DNA of 64,000 nucleotides from Longimicrobiales bacterium (GTDB taxonomy: Bacteria; Gemmatimonadota; Gemmatimonadetes; Longimicrobiales; Gaopeijiaceae). The translations under genes were made by a program, and so were the position numbers. Positions 19,672 through 27,888 of the stretch are shown piece by piece. Each line of letters opens with the position of its first letter. The stretch's first letter is position 1. The notes under the pieces are model-generated. The model did no database searches. It was not told the origin of the DNA and saw only the letters and a program-made list of their open reading frames with translations. The stretch lies in assembly GCA_965215065.1 (NCBI GenBank), contig OZ244037.1:3779371-3843370 (forward strand), given 5' to 3'.

Positions 19672-21101
19672 CAGTCCCGAGCCCTCCTCATTCTGGCCGC
19701 GAAGGCACCGTCGAATCCGCTCTCGTGGGGCAGCACCGCCAAGCACCCCGTCCTGTTCAGAAATCGGGCCGGAGCGGTGCCCGCCTCGATGCGGAAGTCC
19801 GGATGGCGCTTCAGAAAATCCTCCACCTGCCCCCAGTTCTCCTCATGCTCGAGGGTACATGTAGCGTAAACTAGGAGGCCACCTCGGGGAACCACGGAAG
19901 CGCCGCCCTCCAGGATCGCGCGCTGCAGACCGGCGAGCGGGCGGATGTCGTTTTCTCCGATGCGCCACCTTCCGTCGGGGTGACGGCGCAAGGTTCCGGT
20001 CCCGCTGCACGGCACGTCCGCCAGCACCACGTCCGCAGTGCGTATCGGCGGGCGGCGGGCATCGGCGGCCACCGCCCAGATTCGCCTGCCGGGCTTACGG
20101 CGCCTGACGGCCGCGGCACCGCTCAACCGGCGCTCGCCCTCGACTACCCGGGCAAGACGGCGCTCCGAGAGATCACCGGCCAGCACGCGTCCCGCCGTTT
20201 CGCTCAGCGCGAGCGCCTTGCCGCCCGGGGCCGCACAGAGATCGGCGACCATGGCCCCGGCCTTTGAAGACACGTAGTCCACCACGAGCGACGCCGCCGG
20301 ATCCTGGATCACTCCCTCGACGACGGACAGCGCCGTCCCCGGGTCTGCGCCCTTGGTCAGGGGAATCCAGGAATGTCCGCGCGAGCCGGGCCGACACAGC
20401 CCGGCCTCGGCCAGCTTCCGCTCCGCCTCGGCCAGCCGTCGCCCCGCCGCGCAGCCGGTCTCGTCTCCTCCGCTCCGGGCCGAACTCCGCTCGACACCGC
20501 CCGAGCTTCCTCCCACAGGGCGCAGGTACACGGTCGGCTCCCGGTTGTTTGCCTCCACCAGTGCGCGAGCACCGGCGGGCCCGAAGGCGGCGATCCATCT
20601 GCGCACCAGCCACCGAGGGTGTGATCCCCACGTCGCCAGGTAGGCTTCCAAGTCTGTCCCGGGGTCCGGAAAGGACGATTCCGTCCAGCGACCTCGCGCG
20701 ACCCTCCGCAGGACGGCGTTCACCAGTCCCGCTGCGGCACGGCTGCGCGTGCCCCTGACCTGCTCGACGGCCTCGGAGACGGCGGCGTAGGCGGGAACGC
20801 CCCCCATTTCCAAAATCTGATAGGCGCCCATCCTGAGCCCGGCGAGCACCTCCGGGTCGAGTTCCGCCAAGTCTCGCCCGCAGAGCCGCGCGAGGATGTG
20901 ATCGATCCTTCCCCGCAGGCGAACCGTGCCGTAGACCAAGGTCCGGACCCAGCCGCGCTCCGGGGATCGGGCCGCACCGGAGGCCTCCCAGGCAACGTCG
21001 AGGCGGCGGCCCGATTCCACCCCTCTCAAGATCGACGCCGCCAGGACGCGGCCGGGAGACGGCCGCCGCTTCCCGCCTCGCCCGCCGCCCGCGCGGGTCA
21101 A
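19671..21101 (-). CDS. rsmB: 16S rRNA (cytosine967-C5)-methyltransferase RsmB/Sun
   Basis: Only the C-terminal ~476 codons of track ORF 19671..21659 are taken. Tentative TTG start at 21101 (TTGA overlap with the thiG stop). NusB-like N-domain, then DLCAAPGGK, DVPCSGTG and YATCTLEHEEN. Confidence 0.82.
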   Translation of the reverse strand: MTRAGGGRGGKRRPSPGRVLAASILRGVESGRRLDVAWEASGAARSPERGWVRTLVYGTVRLRGRIDHILARLCGRDLAELDPEVLAGLRMGAYQILEMGGVPAYAAVSEAVEQVRGTRSRAAAGLVNAVLRRVARGRWTESSFPDPGTDLEAYLATWGSHPRWLVRRWIAAFGPAGARALVEANNREPTVYLRPVGGSSGGVERSSARSGGDETGCAAGRRLAEAERKLAEAGLCRPGSRGHSWIPLTKGADPGTALSVVEGVIQDPAASLVVDYVSSKAGAMVADLCAAPGGKALALSETAGRVLAGDLSERRLARVVEGERRLSGAAAVRRRKPGRRIWAVAADARRPPIRTADVVLADVPCSGTGTLRRHPDGRWRIGENDIRPLAGLQRAILEGGASVVPRGGLLVYATCTLEHEENWGQVEDFLKRHPDFRIEAGTAPARFLNRTGCLAVLPHESGFDGAFAARMRRARD

Positions 21102-21925
21102 CCCTGCTCCCGATCCAGCATCCCCGTTGCGGGTGAAGACGGGACCGCGATCTCCCTCGCGGGCATGCGTCCGGCAAGGTACGCCGCCCTGCCGGCGAGG
21201 ACCGCGAGCTTCATGGCGCCAGCCATGCCCACCGGGTCGGACGCGGCGGCGATCGCCGTGTTCATCAACACGCCGTCCACGCCCTGCTCCATGGTGATGC
21301 ACGCATCCGAAGACGTCCCCACACCCGCATCCACGATGACCGGAACGGTGAGCCGGCGCTTGATCTCGCGGATGTAGTAGGGGTTGACCACGCCCAGGCC
21401 GCTTCCGATGGGACTCGCCAAGGGCATCACGGCCACGCATCCGGCGTCTTCCAAGCGCAGCGCGGTGATCAGGTCGTCGTTGGTGTAGGCCATGACCTTG
21501 AAGCCGTCGGCCACCAGCTCGGCCGCCGCCTCGAGAGTGGCGGCCGTGTCGGGCAGGAGGGTGCGCTCGTCGCCGATCACCTCCAGCTTGACCCAGTCGT
21601 TGAGCCCCGCGGCGCGTCCCAGGCGGGCGTAGCGCAACGCATCCTTCGCCGTGTAGCACCCTGCGGTATTGGGCAGCAGGAAGAACTCGTCCGGGGACAG
21701 GTGGTGGAGGATGCCTTCCTCCTGACTGCGGTCGAGATCCACCCTGCGCACCGCCACCGTCACCATCTCGGCACCGCTGGCGCGGACGGCGGCGACCATC
21801 TCGCCGTTGGTCCGGTACTTCCCGGTTCCGACGATGAGTCTCGAAGCGAAAGTCCTGCCCCCTATGTTCAACAGCCCATGGCAGTAGTCCGCCGCGGCAT
21901 TCGACCGGCGATGCATCCCGTCCAC
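21098..21925 (-). CDS. thiG: Thiazole synthase
   Basis: 275 aa with SRLIVGTGKY, LLPNTAGC, VKLEVIGD, VMPLASPIGSG and VIVDAGVG. Confidence 0.95.
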   Translation of the reverse strand: MDGMHRRSNAAADYCHGLLNIGGRTFASRLIVGTGKYRTNGEMVAAVRASGAEMVTVAVRRVDLDRSQEEGILHHLSPDEFFLLPNTAGCYTAKDALRYARLGRAAGLNDWVKLEVIGDERTLLPDTAATLEAAAELVADGFKVMAYTNDDLITALRLEDAGCVAVMPLASPIGSGLGVVNPYYIREIKRRLTVPVIVDAGVGTSSDACITMEQGVDGVLMNTAIAAASDPVGMAGAMKLAVLAGRAAYLAGRMPAREIAVPSSPATGMLDREQG

Positions 21926-21931
21926 GGGCGT

Positions 21932-22159
21932 CTATCCCCCTCCTACGAAGTGCACGAGTTCGATCCTGTCCCCTTCCTCGACCGGCGTGGTGTTCAGCGC
22001 CCCGCGCGCAAGGATCTCGCGGTTGCGTTCGACGACGACCATGCCCGCATGAAGTTGCAGATCACCCAGCAGGTCGGCCACGGTGAGCCCGGTGCGGACC
22101 GCGCGGCTCTCTCCGTTGAGCACGATCGACACGCGGCCCGACGCACGGCCCGGGATCAT
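21932..22159 (-). CDS. thiS: Sulfur-carrier protein ThiS
   Basis: 75 aa from internal ATG 22159, ending in the diagnostic C-terminal GG (...ELVHFVGGG). The track ORF extends to 22282 through a duplicated 18-bp repeat and would overlap thiE. Confidence 0.8.
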   Translation of the reverse strand: MIPGRASGRVSIVLNGESRAVRTGLTVADLLGDLQLHAGMVVVERNREILARGALNTTPVEEGDRIELVHFVGGG

Positions 22160-22172
22160 GCCGCACCCGGCC

Positions 22173-22208
22173 GCTTCAGCCTCGCGGCCAGCTTCAGCCT
22201 CGCGGCCA
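22173..22208. repeat. 18-bp perfect tandem duplication (gcttcagcctcgcggcca x2)
   Basis: Read directly. It lies between the thiE stop and the preferred thiS start. Confidence 0.85.
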
Positions 22209-22250
22209 TCGCCCGACCCGTCGTCGTCCTGGCGGCCATCGTCCGACCGG

Positions 22251-22898
22251 TCATGGTCCGTCCTCCTGACGGAGTACTTCAAGGTAGCGCGTCACGGCCC
22301 GCTGCGGGCTCTTCGTCCGCCACACCCCACTCAGCACGACCACGCCGTGCGCCCCGTGGGCCAGAACGCCGCGCACATCGGTCGGCGAGATTCCTCCGAT
22401 GGCGAGCACGGGAAGGTCTCCTCCGGCGACGGCCGCCGCCAACGCCTTGACGCCCAGCGCAGGTCTGCCCGGATGCGAACGCGTAGGGTTCACCGCCCCC
22501 AGCACCAGGTAGTCCAACCCGCTCCCGTGCAGCTCCGCCGCCTGCTCCGGCGAGTGGATCGATCTGCCCAGGCGCATCCGCGCCGCCGTGATCCGGCGCA
22601 CCGCCGGGGCGGGCAGAGAATCTTCCCGCAGGTGCACGCCGCCAGCACCCGCGGCCATCGCGATATCGATCCTGTCGTTGATCACCAGCAAGGTTCCGGT
22701 TTCCCGCGAAGCGTGCGCGACCCAGCACGCGGCATCGAAGAGACGTCGAGCCGGAGTGCTCCGCGTTCGGAGGTGCAGCGCCATGGCTCCTTTCCCCGCT
22801 GCGAGGACCGGACGGAGCCGTTCCCGACAGTCGTCCGCACCCACGACCCTGTCGTCGGCGATCACATGCAGCCGCGGCAGCCGCCCTGCTCCTCGCAC
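22251..22898 (-). CDS. thiE: Thiamine-phosphate synthase
   Basis: Last ~215 codons of track ORF 22251..23213, with GTG at 22898, 8 nt after the fmt stop. Motifs: LHVIAD, LVINDRIDIA, GVHL and AIGGI, typical of ThiE. Confidence 0.83.
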   Translation of the reverse strand: MRGAGRLPRLHVIADDRVVGADDCRERLRPVLAAGKGAMALHLRTRSTPARRLFDAACWVAHASRETGTLLVINDRIDIAMAAGAGGVHLREDSLPAPAVRRITAARMRLGRSIHSPEQAAELHGSGLDYLVLGAVNPTRSHPGRPALGVKALAAAVAGGDLPVLAIGGISPTDVRGVLAHGAHGVVVLSGVWRTKSPQRAVTRYLEVLRQEDGP

Positions 22899-22906
22899 GA
22901 CGCCCC

Positions 22907-23848
22907 CTACTCGAAGCGATCGCCGGGTCGGGGTCCTCGTCCCCGCAACCAGGCCGCGGCATCCATGCGCCGCTTTCCCGCGGGCTGGACCTCGCCGATC
23001 CGGAGCACGCCGTCCCCCGTGGCCACGAAGAGGCCGCGCCTGGGGCCCGCGGCCACGACCTCGCCGGCGAGCCCCTTCGTCGGCATCGGAGGGCTGGCCA
23101 CCACCGCCGGACGAAAGAGCTTTACCGGTGCTCCGCCGAGCCGCGTCCAGGCTCCCGGGATCTCGTCCATCGCTCTGATGAGGTCGGCCACCGCGCGGGC
23201 ATCCCTCCCCCATTCGATCCGTGCCGACCGGCGATCGACCTTCGGCGCGAAGGTGGCCGCCTCGTGATCCTGCTCCACCTCCTCCACCGATCCCGCCTCA
23301 AGCCGGGCCAAGACTTCCACCACGAGGCGCGCGCCCATGTCCGCGAGGCGACGCGAAAGCAGGAACGCCGTGTCGCCGCGGCCGATGGGAAGCGCCTGCT
23401 GTGCCAGCACCGGTCCCGCGTCCATCGCCTCGACCATGCGCATGACGGAGACGCCCGTGACCGCGTGTCCGCGCTCGATGGCCCGGTTGATGGGGGCCGC
23501 GCCCCTGAGCGCCGGAAGGAGCGACGCGTGCAGGTTCAGCGAACCGAGACGCGGGATGTCCAAGACCCGGCGCGTCAGGATGCGCCCGTAGGCGACGACA
23601 ACCGAAACATCGGGACACAGCGCCCGGATCGCGGTCTCGAAGGACTCGCCCCGCGGGCGCTCGGGAGTAAACACCCGATATCCTTCGGCGTCCGCGACCC
23701 GTCTCACGACCGATGGTTGCAGCGTGCGGCCACGTCCGCGTGGCCGGTCCGGCCGGGTCACGACCCCGATCACACTGTGCCCGGCAGCCGCGAGGGCCCG
23801 CAGCGTGGGGACCGCAAACTCGGGCGTGCCCCAGAAGAGGATCTTCAC
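22907..23848 (-). CDS. fmt: Methionyl-tRNA formyltransferase
   Basis: 313 aa with KILFWGTPEFAVP, NLHASLLPALRGAAPINRAI and a C-terminal Fmt domain. GTG start at 23848 overlaps the stop of the upstream paralog (GTGA). Confidence 0.95.
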   Translation of the reverse strand: MKILFWGTPEFAVPTLRALAAAGHSVIGVVTRPDRPRGRGRTLQPSVVRRVADAEGYRVFTPERPRGESFETAIRALCPDVSVVVAYGRILTRRVLDIPRLGSLNLHASLLPALRGAAPINRAIERGHAVTGVSVMRMVEAMDAGPVLAQQALPIGRGDTAFLLSRRLADMGARLVVEVLARLEAGSVEEVEQDHEAATFAPKVDRRSARIEWGRDARAVADLIRAMDEIPGAWTRLGGAPVKLFRPAVVASPPMPTKGLAGEVVAAGPRRGLFVATGDGVLRIGEVQPAGKRRMDAAAWLRGRGPRPGDRFE

Positions 23849-25077
23849 GGGCTGTCCGCGCTAACCTGCCCCGGAACCGACCTCGCCTGTTCCGGATCCA
23901 GCGGAAGCAACCTGCGCCCGACGATGTGCGGCACATCCAGCGAATCCCACCGGACCCCCCAGACATGGGTTGCCGTCGCGGTGCTGACCCGCAGGGACTC
24001 GGGCAGGAGCACGCGCCGCGGCTCCTCGCCCGGGTCCCTCGGCACCGCGTAGTGCGTCCTGAGCGTGTCCGAAACCTCGTGGGTCGCGAGCCAGACTTCG
24101 CCGGAGGCTGCAAGCGTGAACTCCTTCGCTGCCGGCAGTTCCGGCCTGTAGAGCGCTTCGTCGTACATGCGCCGAAGCTCCTGCCTGGACATTCTCTCGG
24201 CACGCAACGGCGGGAACACCCTTCCCTGCATCCAATCATCCACCATTCGGGAAGTCAGCCTTCGCGGCTCGAATTGCAGGTGCCGGTGCCAGACCGTATC
24301 CCCCTCCCCGTTCACTTCGAACAGTTCGACCGCACCGGGCGCTTCGTTCCGCCGCATCACCACCGCCCCGCCCGGCATCAGCCGGAACTGATCCGAATCT
24401 CGAAACGGCTGGGCTGAGTATGCCCCACCGTCGGGAAACCGGAGGGCGAGAGTCTTGTTGCGAACGTCCAGCCACAACAACCGCTCGGGAACATTCCACT
24501 GCCCGGTGGCGGAACGGCTGACGCGCAGCAGGGGCTGTCGGTCCATGGGGTCGACACCGTCCGCTCCGACTTGAAGGCGTGAAGGGATTCTCGCAGCGCC
24601 CACGAAGACGCCGTCCCCGGGAGGGGCCACCGCAACGGCGAAGCCCTGGTAGCTGACCCGCATTCCCGGTCCCAGCGCGGTCTCGATCAGCTCCCCATCC
24701 GCCGTGAAATAGGCGTGTCGGGTTCCCCAGAAGTCCACTACGGACAAGGTGCCGTCCGCCTCGAAGAACAGGTCTCCGGGAACACCGAACTCGCCGGGGC
24801 CCTCTCCCCTCCCGCCCACGACGAAGAGCAGGGAACCCTCCGGAGACCACGCGCTGATCTGGGGGCTGCCGTGGTCCACGACGAAAACCCGGTTCCGCAC
24901 GGGATCGGCGCGCACGACCGGCCGCCGGAAGATCACATCCCGTTCGGGGGCGTCGCCGAACTGGTACTCCGCTTCGGTGATCCACATCGAAGGGGCGTCG
25001 CCGGAGGTGGCGCTCTCGCCGCCGCCGCATGCGGCGCACAGGGAGAGGATCAGCGCGTTGCGCAGACGAACGGCCAC
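23845..25077 (-). CDS. GxGPGEF-motif beta-propeller-like lipoprotein, tandem copy P1
   Basis: 410 aa from GTG 25077; an in-frame stop lies just upstream, which fixes this start. Signal with Cys (LILSLCAACGGG), GGRGEGPGEF, and a C-terminal third nearly identical to P2 and P3. Confidence 0.8.
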   Translation of the reverse strand: MAVRLRNALILSLCAACGGGESATSGDAPSMWITEAEYQFGDAPERDVIFRRPVVRADPVRNRVFVVDHGSPQISAWSPEGSLLFVVGGRGEGPGEFGVPGDLFFEADGTLSVVDFWGTRHAYFTADGELIETALGPGMRVSYQGFAVAVAPPGDGVFVGAARIPSRLQVGADGVDPMDRQPLLRVSRSATGQWNVPERLLWLDVRNKTLALRFPDGGAYSAQPFRDSDQFRLMPGGAVVMRRNEAPGAVELFEVNGEGDTVWHRHLQFEPRRLTSRMVDDWMQGRVFPPLRAERMSRQELRRMYDEALYRPELPAAKEFTLAASGEVWLATHEVSDTLRTHYAVPRDPGEEPRRVLLPESLRVSTATATHVWGVRWDSLDVPHIVGRRLLPLDPEQARSVPGQVSADSP

Positions 25078-25145
25078 GGAATCACCGGTGGGGGGAAGAG
25101 GGCAGCCCTGACGAAGCTCGTGTGTGTTGTAGACCGTGGCGATCC

Positions 25146-25200
25146 CTACCCGCCAAGGGGGGCTCCGACCGCTGCGGTCGCATCTTCAGCTTCCAGCCGG
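25146..25200 (-). pseudogene. Relic of the 3-prime end of the Cys-rich protein gene, carried along by the duplication
   Basis: Minus-strand translation ...AEDATAAVGAPLGG-stop parallels the true gene end ...SSNVTAAVGAPLDG-stop at 27889-27945. Flanking nucleotides are also homologous. Confidence 0.55.
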
Positions 25201-25231
25201 CACTCTCGCACACGGTGCTTCCCCGCTAAGC

Positions 25232-25261
25232 TAAGGGACACTGTCGTAAGGGACACTGTCG
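25232..25261. repeat. 15-bp perfect tandem duplication (taagggacactgtcg x2)
   Basis: Read directly, in the 221-bp spacer between P2 and P1. Confidence 0.85.
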
Positions 25262-25298
25262 CCACAATCCCAACATACGCGAAGCGGTGCCCGCTAAC

Positions 25299-26537
25299 CT
25301 AACCTGCCCTCGGGACCGCCCTCGCCTGTTCCGGATCCAGCGGAACCAACCTGCGCCCGACGATGTGCGGCACATCCAGCGAATCCCACCAGACCCCCCA
25401 GACATGGGTCGCCGTCGCGGTGCTGACCCGCAGGGACTCGGGCAGGAGCACGCGCCGCGGCTCCTCGCCCGGGTCCCTCGGTACCGCGTAGTGCGTCCTG
25501 AGCGTGTCCGAGACCTCATGGGTCGCGAGCCAGACTTCGCCCGTGGCGGCAATCGTGAATTCCTTCGCTGCCGGCAGGTGTTCCGGCGCGTAGACCGCTT
25601 CGTCATATATGCGCCGAAGCTCCTGCTTGGACACTCTCTCGGTATAGTACGGCGCGAACGCCTCGACCTGTTTCTCGACCCAGTCGTCCACCATTCGGGA
25701 AGCCAGCGCTCGCGGCTCGAATTGCAGGCGGCGGTGCCAGACCGTATCCCCCTCCCCGTTCACTTCGACCAGTTCGACCGCACCGGGCGCTTCGTTCCGC
25801 CGCATCACCACCGCCCCGCCCGGCATCAGCCGCAACTGATCCGAATCTTTAAACGGCTGGGCTGAGTATGGCCGCCCACCGTCCGGAAACCGGAGGGCGA
25901 GGGTCTTGTTGCGAACATCCAGCCACAACAACCGTTCGGGATCATTCCACTGCCCGGCGGCAGAACGGCTGACGCGCAGCAGGGGCTCTCTGTACATGGG
26001 GCTGACACCGTCCGCTCCCACTCGGACGTCCAAAGGAATGCTCGCAACGCCCACGTAGACACTGTCTCCGGGAGGAGTCACCACGACGCGGAAGCCTTGG
26101 TAGCTGACCCTCATTCCCGGTCCCAGCGCGGTTTCAATCAGCTCCCCTTCCGCCGTGAAATACGCGTGCCGAGCTCCCCCCATATCCACTACGGACAAGG
26201 TGCCGTCCGCCTCGAAGAACAGGTCTCCGGGAATACTGAACTCACCGGGGCCCTCTCCTCTTCCGCCCACGACGAAGAGCAGGGAACCGTCCGGGGACCA
26301 CGCGCTGATCTGGGGGCTGCCGTGGTCCACGACGAAGACCCGGTTCCGCACGGGATCGGCGCGCACGACCGGCCGCCGGAAGATCACATCCCGTTCGGGG
26401 GCGTCGCCGAACTGGTGCTCCGCTTCGGTGATCCATGTCGAAGGGGCGTCGCCGGAGGAGGTGGCGCTATCGTCGCCGCCGCATGCGGCGCACAGGGCAA
26501 GGATCAGCGGCAGGGCGCTGCGCAGACGAACGGCCAC
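25299..26537 (-). CDS. GxGPGEF-motif beta-propeller-like lipoprotein, tandem copy P2
   Basis: Start set at GTG 26537, homologous to the P1 start; the track ORF runs to 26573. LILALCAACGGD signal and GGRGEGPGEF. TAG stop at 25299. Confidence 0.8.
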   Translation of the reverse strand: MAVRLRSALPLILALCAACGGDDSATSSGDAPSTWITEAEHQFGDAPERDVIFRRPVVRADPVRNRVFVVDHGSPQISAWSPDGSLLFVVGGRGEGPGEFSIPGDLFFEADGTLSVVDMGGARHAYFTAEGELIETALGPGMRVSYQGFRVVVTPPGDSVYVGVASIPLDVRVGADGVSPMYREPLLRVSRSAAGQWNDPERLLWLDVRNKTLALRFPDGGRPYSAQPFKDSDQLRLMPGGAVVMRRNEAPGAVELVEVNGEGDTVWHRRLQFEPRALASRMVDDWVEKQVEAFAPYYTERVSKQELRRIYDEAVYAPEHLPAAKEFTIAATGEVWLATHEVSDTLRTHYAVPRDPGEEPRRVLLPESLRVSTATATHVWGVWWDSLDVPHIVGRRLVPLDPEQARAVPRAG

Positions 26538-26588
26538 GGATTCACGGATCGACAAACGAACCGGCCCGGACAATGCTCGTGTCCGCCG

Positions 26589-27815
26589 CTAACCTGCCCC
26601 CGGAACCGCCCTCGCCTGTTCCGGGTCGAGCGGAACCAGCCTCCGCCCGACGATGTGCGGCACATCCAGCGAATCCCACCAGACCCCCCAGACATGGGTC
26701 GCCGTCGCGGTGCTGACCCGCAGGGACTCGGGCAGGAGCACGCGCCGCGGCTCCTCGTCCGGGTCCCTCGGCACCGCGTAGTGCGTCCTGAGCGTGTCCG
26801 AAACCTCGTGGGTCGCGAGCCAGACTTCGCCGGAGGCTGCAAGAGTGAATTCTTTCGCTGCCGGCAGGTGTTCCGGCGCGTAGAGCGCTTCGTCGTACAT
26901 GCGCCGAAGCTCCTGCCTGGGCACTCTCTCGGCATAGTACGGCGCGATCACCCTTCCCTGCATCCAATCATCCACCATTCGGGAAGTCAGCCTTCGCGGC
27001 CCGAAGTGCAGGTGCCGGTGCCAGACCGTATCCCCCTCCCCGTTCACTTCGACCAGTTCCACCGCACCGGGCGCTTCGTTCCGCCGCATCACCACCGCCC
27101 CGCCCGGCATCAGCCGGAACTGATCCGAATCTCGAAACGGCTGGGCTGAGTATGCCCCACCGTCGGGAAACCGGAGGGCGAGAGTCTTGTTGCGAACGTC
27201 CAGCCACAACAACCGCTCGGGATCTTTCCACTGCCCGGTGGCGGAACGCCTGACGCGCAGCAGGGGCTGTCGGTCCATGGGGGCGACACCGTCCGCTCCG
27301 ACTTCAAGGTGTGAAGGGATGCTCGCAGCGCCCACGTAGACACCGTCCCCGGGAGGGGCCACCGAGACGGCGAAGCCCTGGTAGCTGACCCGCATTCCCG
27401 GTCCCAGCGCGGTTTCGATCAGCTCCCCTTCCGCCGTGAAATACGTGTGCCGGCTTCCCCAGTAGTCCACTACGGACAAGGTGCCGTCCGGCTCGAAGAA
27501 CAGGTCTCCGGGAACACCGAACTCGCCGGGGCCCTCTCCTCTCCCGCCCACGACGAAGAGCAGGGAACCCTCCGGGGCCCACGCGCTGATCTGCGGGCTG
27601 CCGTGGTCCACGACGAAGACCCGGTTCCGCACGGGATCGGCGCGCACGACCGGCCGCCGGAAGATCACATCCATCTCCGGTGCGTCGCCGAACTGGTACT
27701 CCGCTTCGGTGATCCATGTCGAAGGGGCACCGCCGCCGGTGGCGCTCTCGCCGCCGCCGCAGGCAGCGCACAGGGCAAGGATCAGCGGCAGGGAGCTGCG
27801 CAGACGAACGGCCAC
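26589..27815 (-). CDS. GxGPGEF-motif beta-propeller-like lipoprotein, tandem copy P3
   Basis: Start set at GTG 27815, homologous to the P1 start; the track ORF runs to 27899 and would overlap the upstream gene. LILALCAACGGG signal and GGRGEGPGEF. Confidence 0.8.
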   Translation of the reverse strand: MAVRLRSSLPLILALCAACGGGESATGGGAPSTWITEAEYQFGDAPEMDVIFRRPVVRADPVRNRVFVVDHGSPQISAWAPEGSLLFVVGGRGEGPGEFGVPGDLFFEPDGTLSVVDYWGSRHTYFTAEGELIETALGPGMRVSYQGFAVSVAPPGDGVYVGAASIPSHLEVGADGVAPMDRQPLLRVRRSATGQWKDPERLLWLDVRNKTLALRFPDGGAYSAQPFRDSDQFRLMPGGAVVMRRNEAPGAVELVEVNGEGDTVWHRHLHFGPRRLTSRMVDDWMQGRVIAPYYAERVPRQELRRMYDEALYAPEHLPAAKEFTLAASGEVWLATHEVSDTLRTHYAVPRDPDEEPRRVLLPESLRVSTATATHVWGVWWDSLDVPHIVGRRLVPLDPEQARAVPGAG

Positions 27816-27888
27816 GGAATCACCGCCGTGGAGGAAGAAGGCAGCCCTACTAACGAAGCTCGTGTGTGTTGTAGACCCGTGGCGATCC

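Noticed and set aside
22899-22906. TPP riboswitch upstream of thiE
   Set aside because: Only 8 nt separate the fmt stop from the thiE start. I did not see the conserved ctgaga/acctgatctggat-type TPP core in the vicinity.
23298-24239. Alternative-frame ORFs that recur inside the three paralogs (for example 23298..24239, 25226..25606, 26504..26935, 24236..25039, 27304..27771, and the plus-strand ORFs 25287..25865 and 26097..27149)
   Set aside because: They recur only because the underlying DNA is triplicated. The translations are Arg/Pro/Gly-rich, and the main frame carries the signal peptide and conserved motifs.
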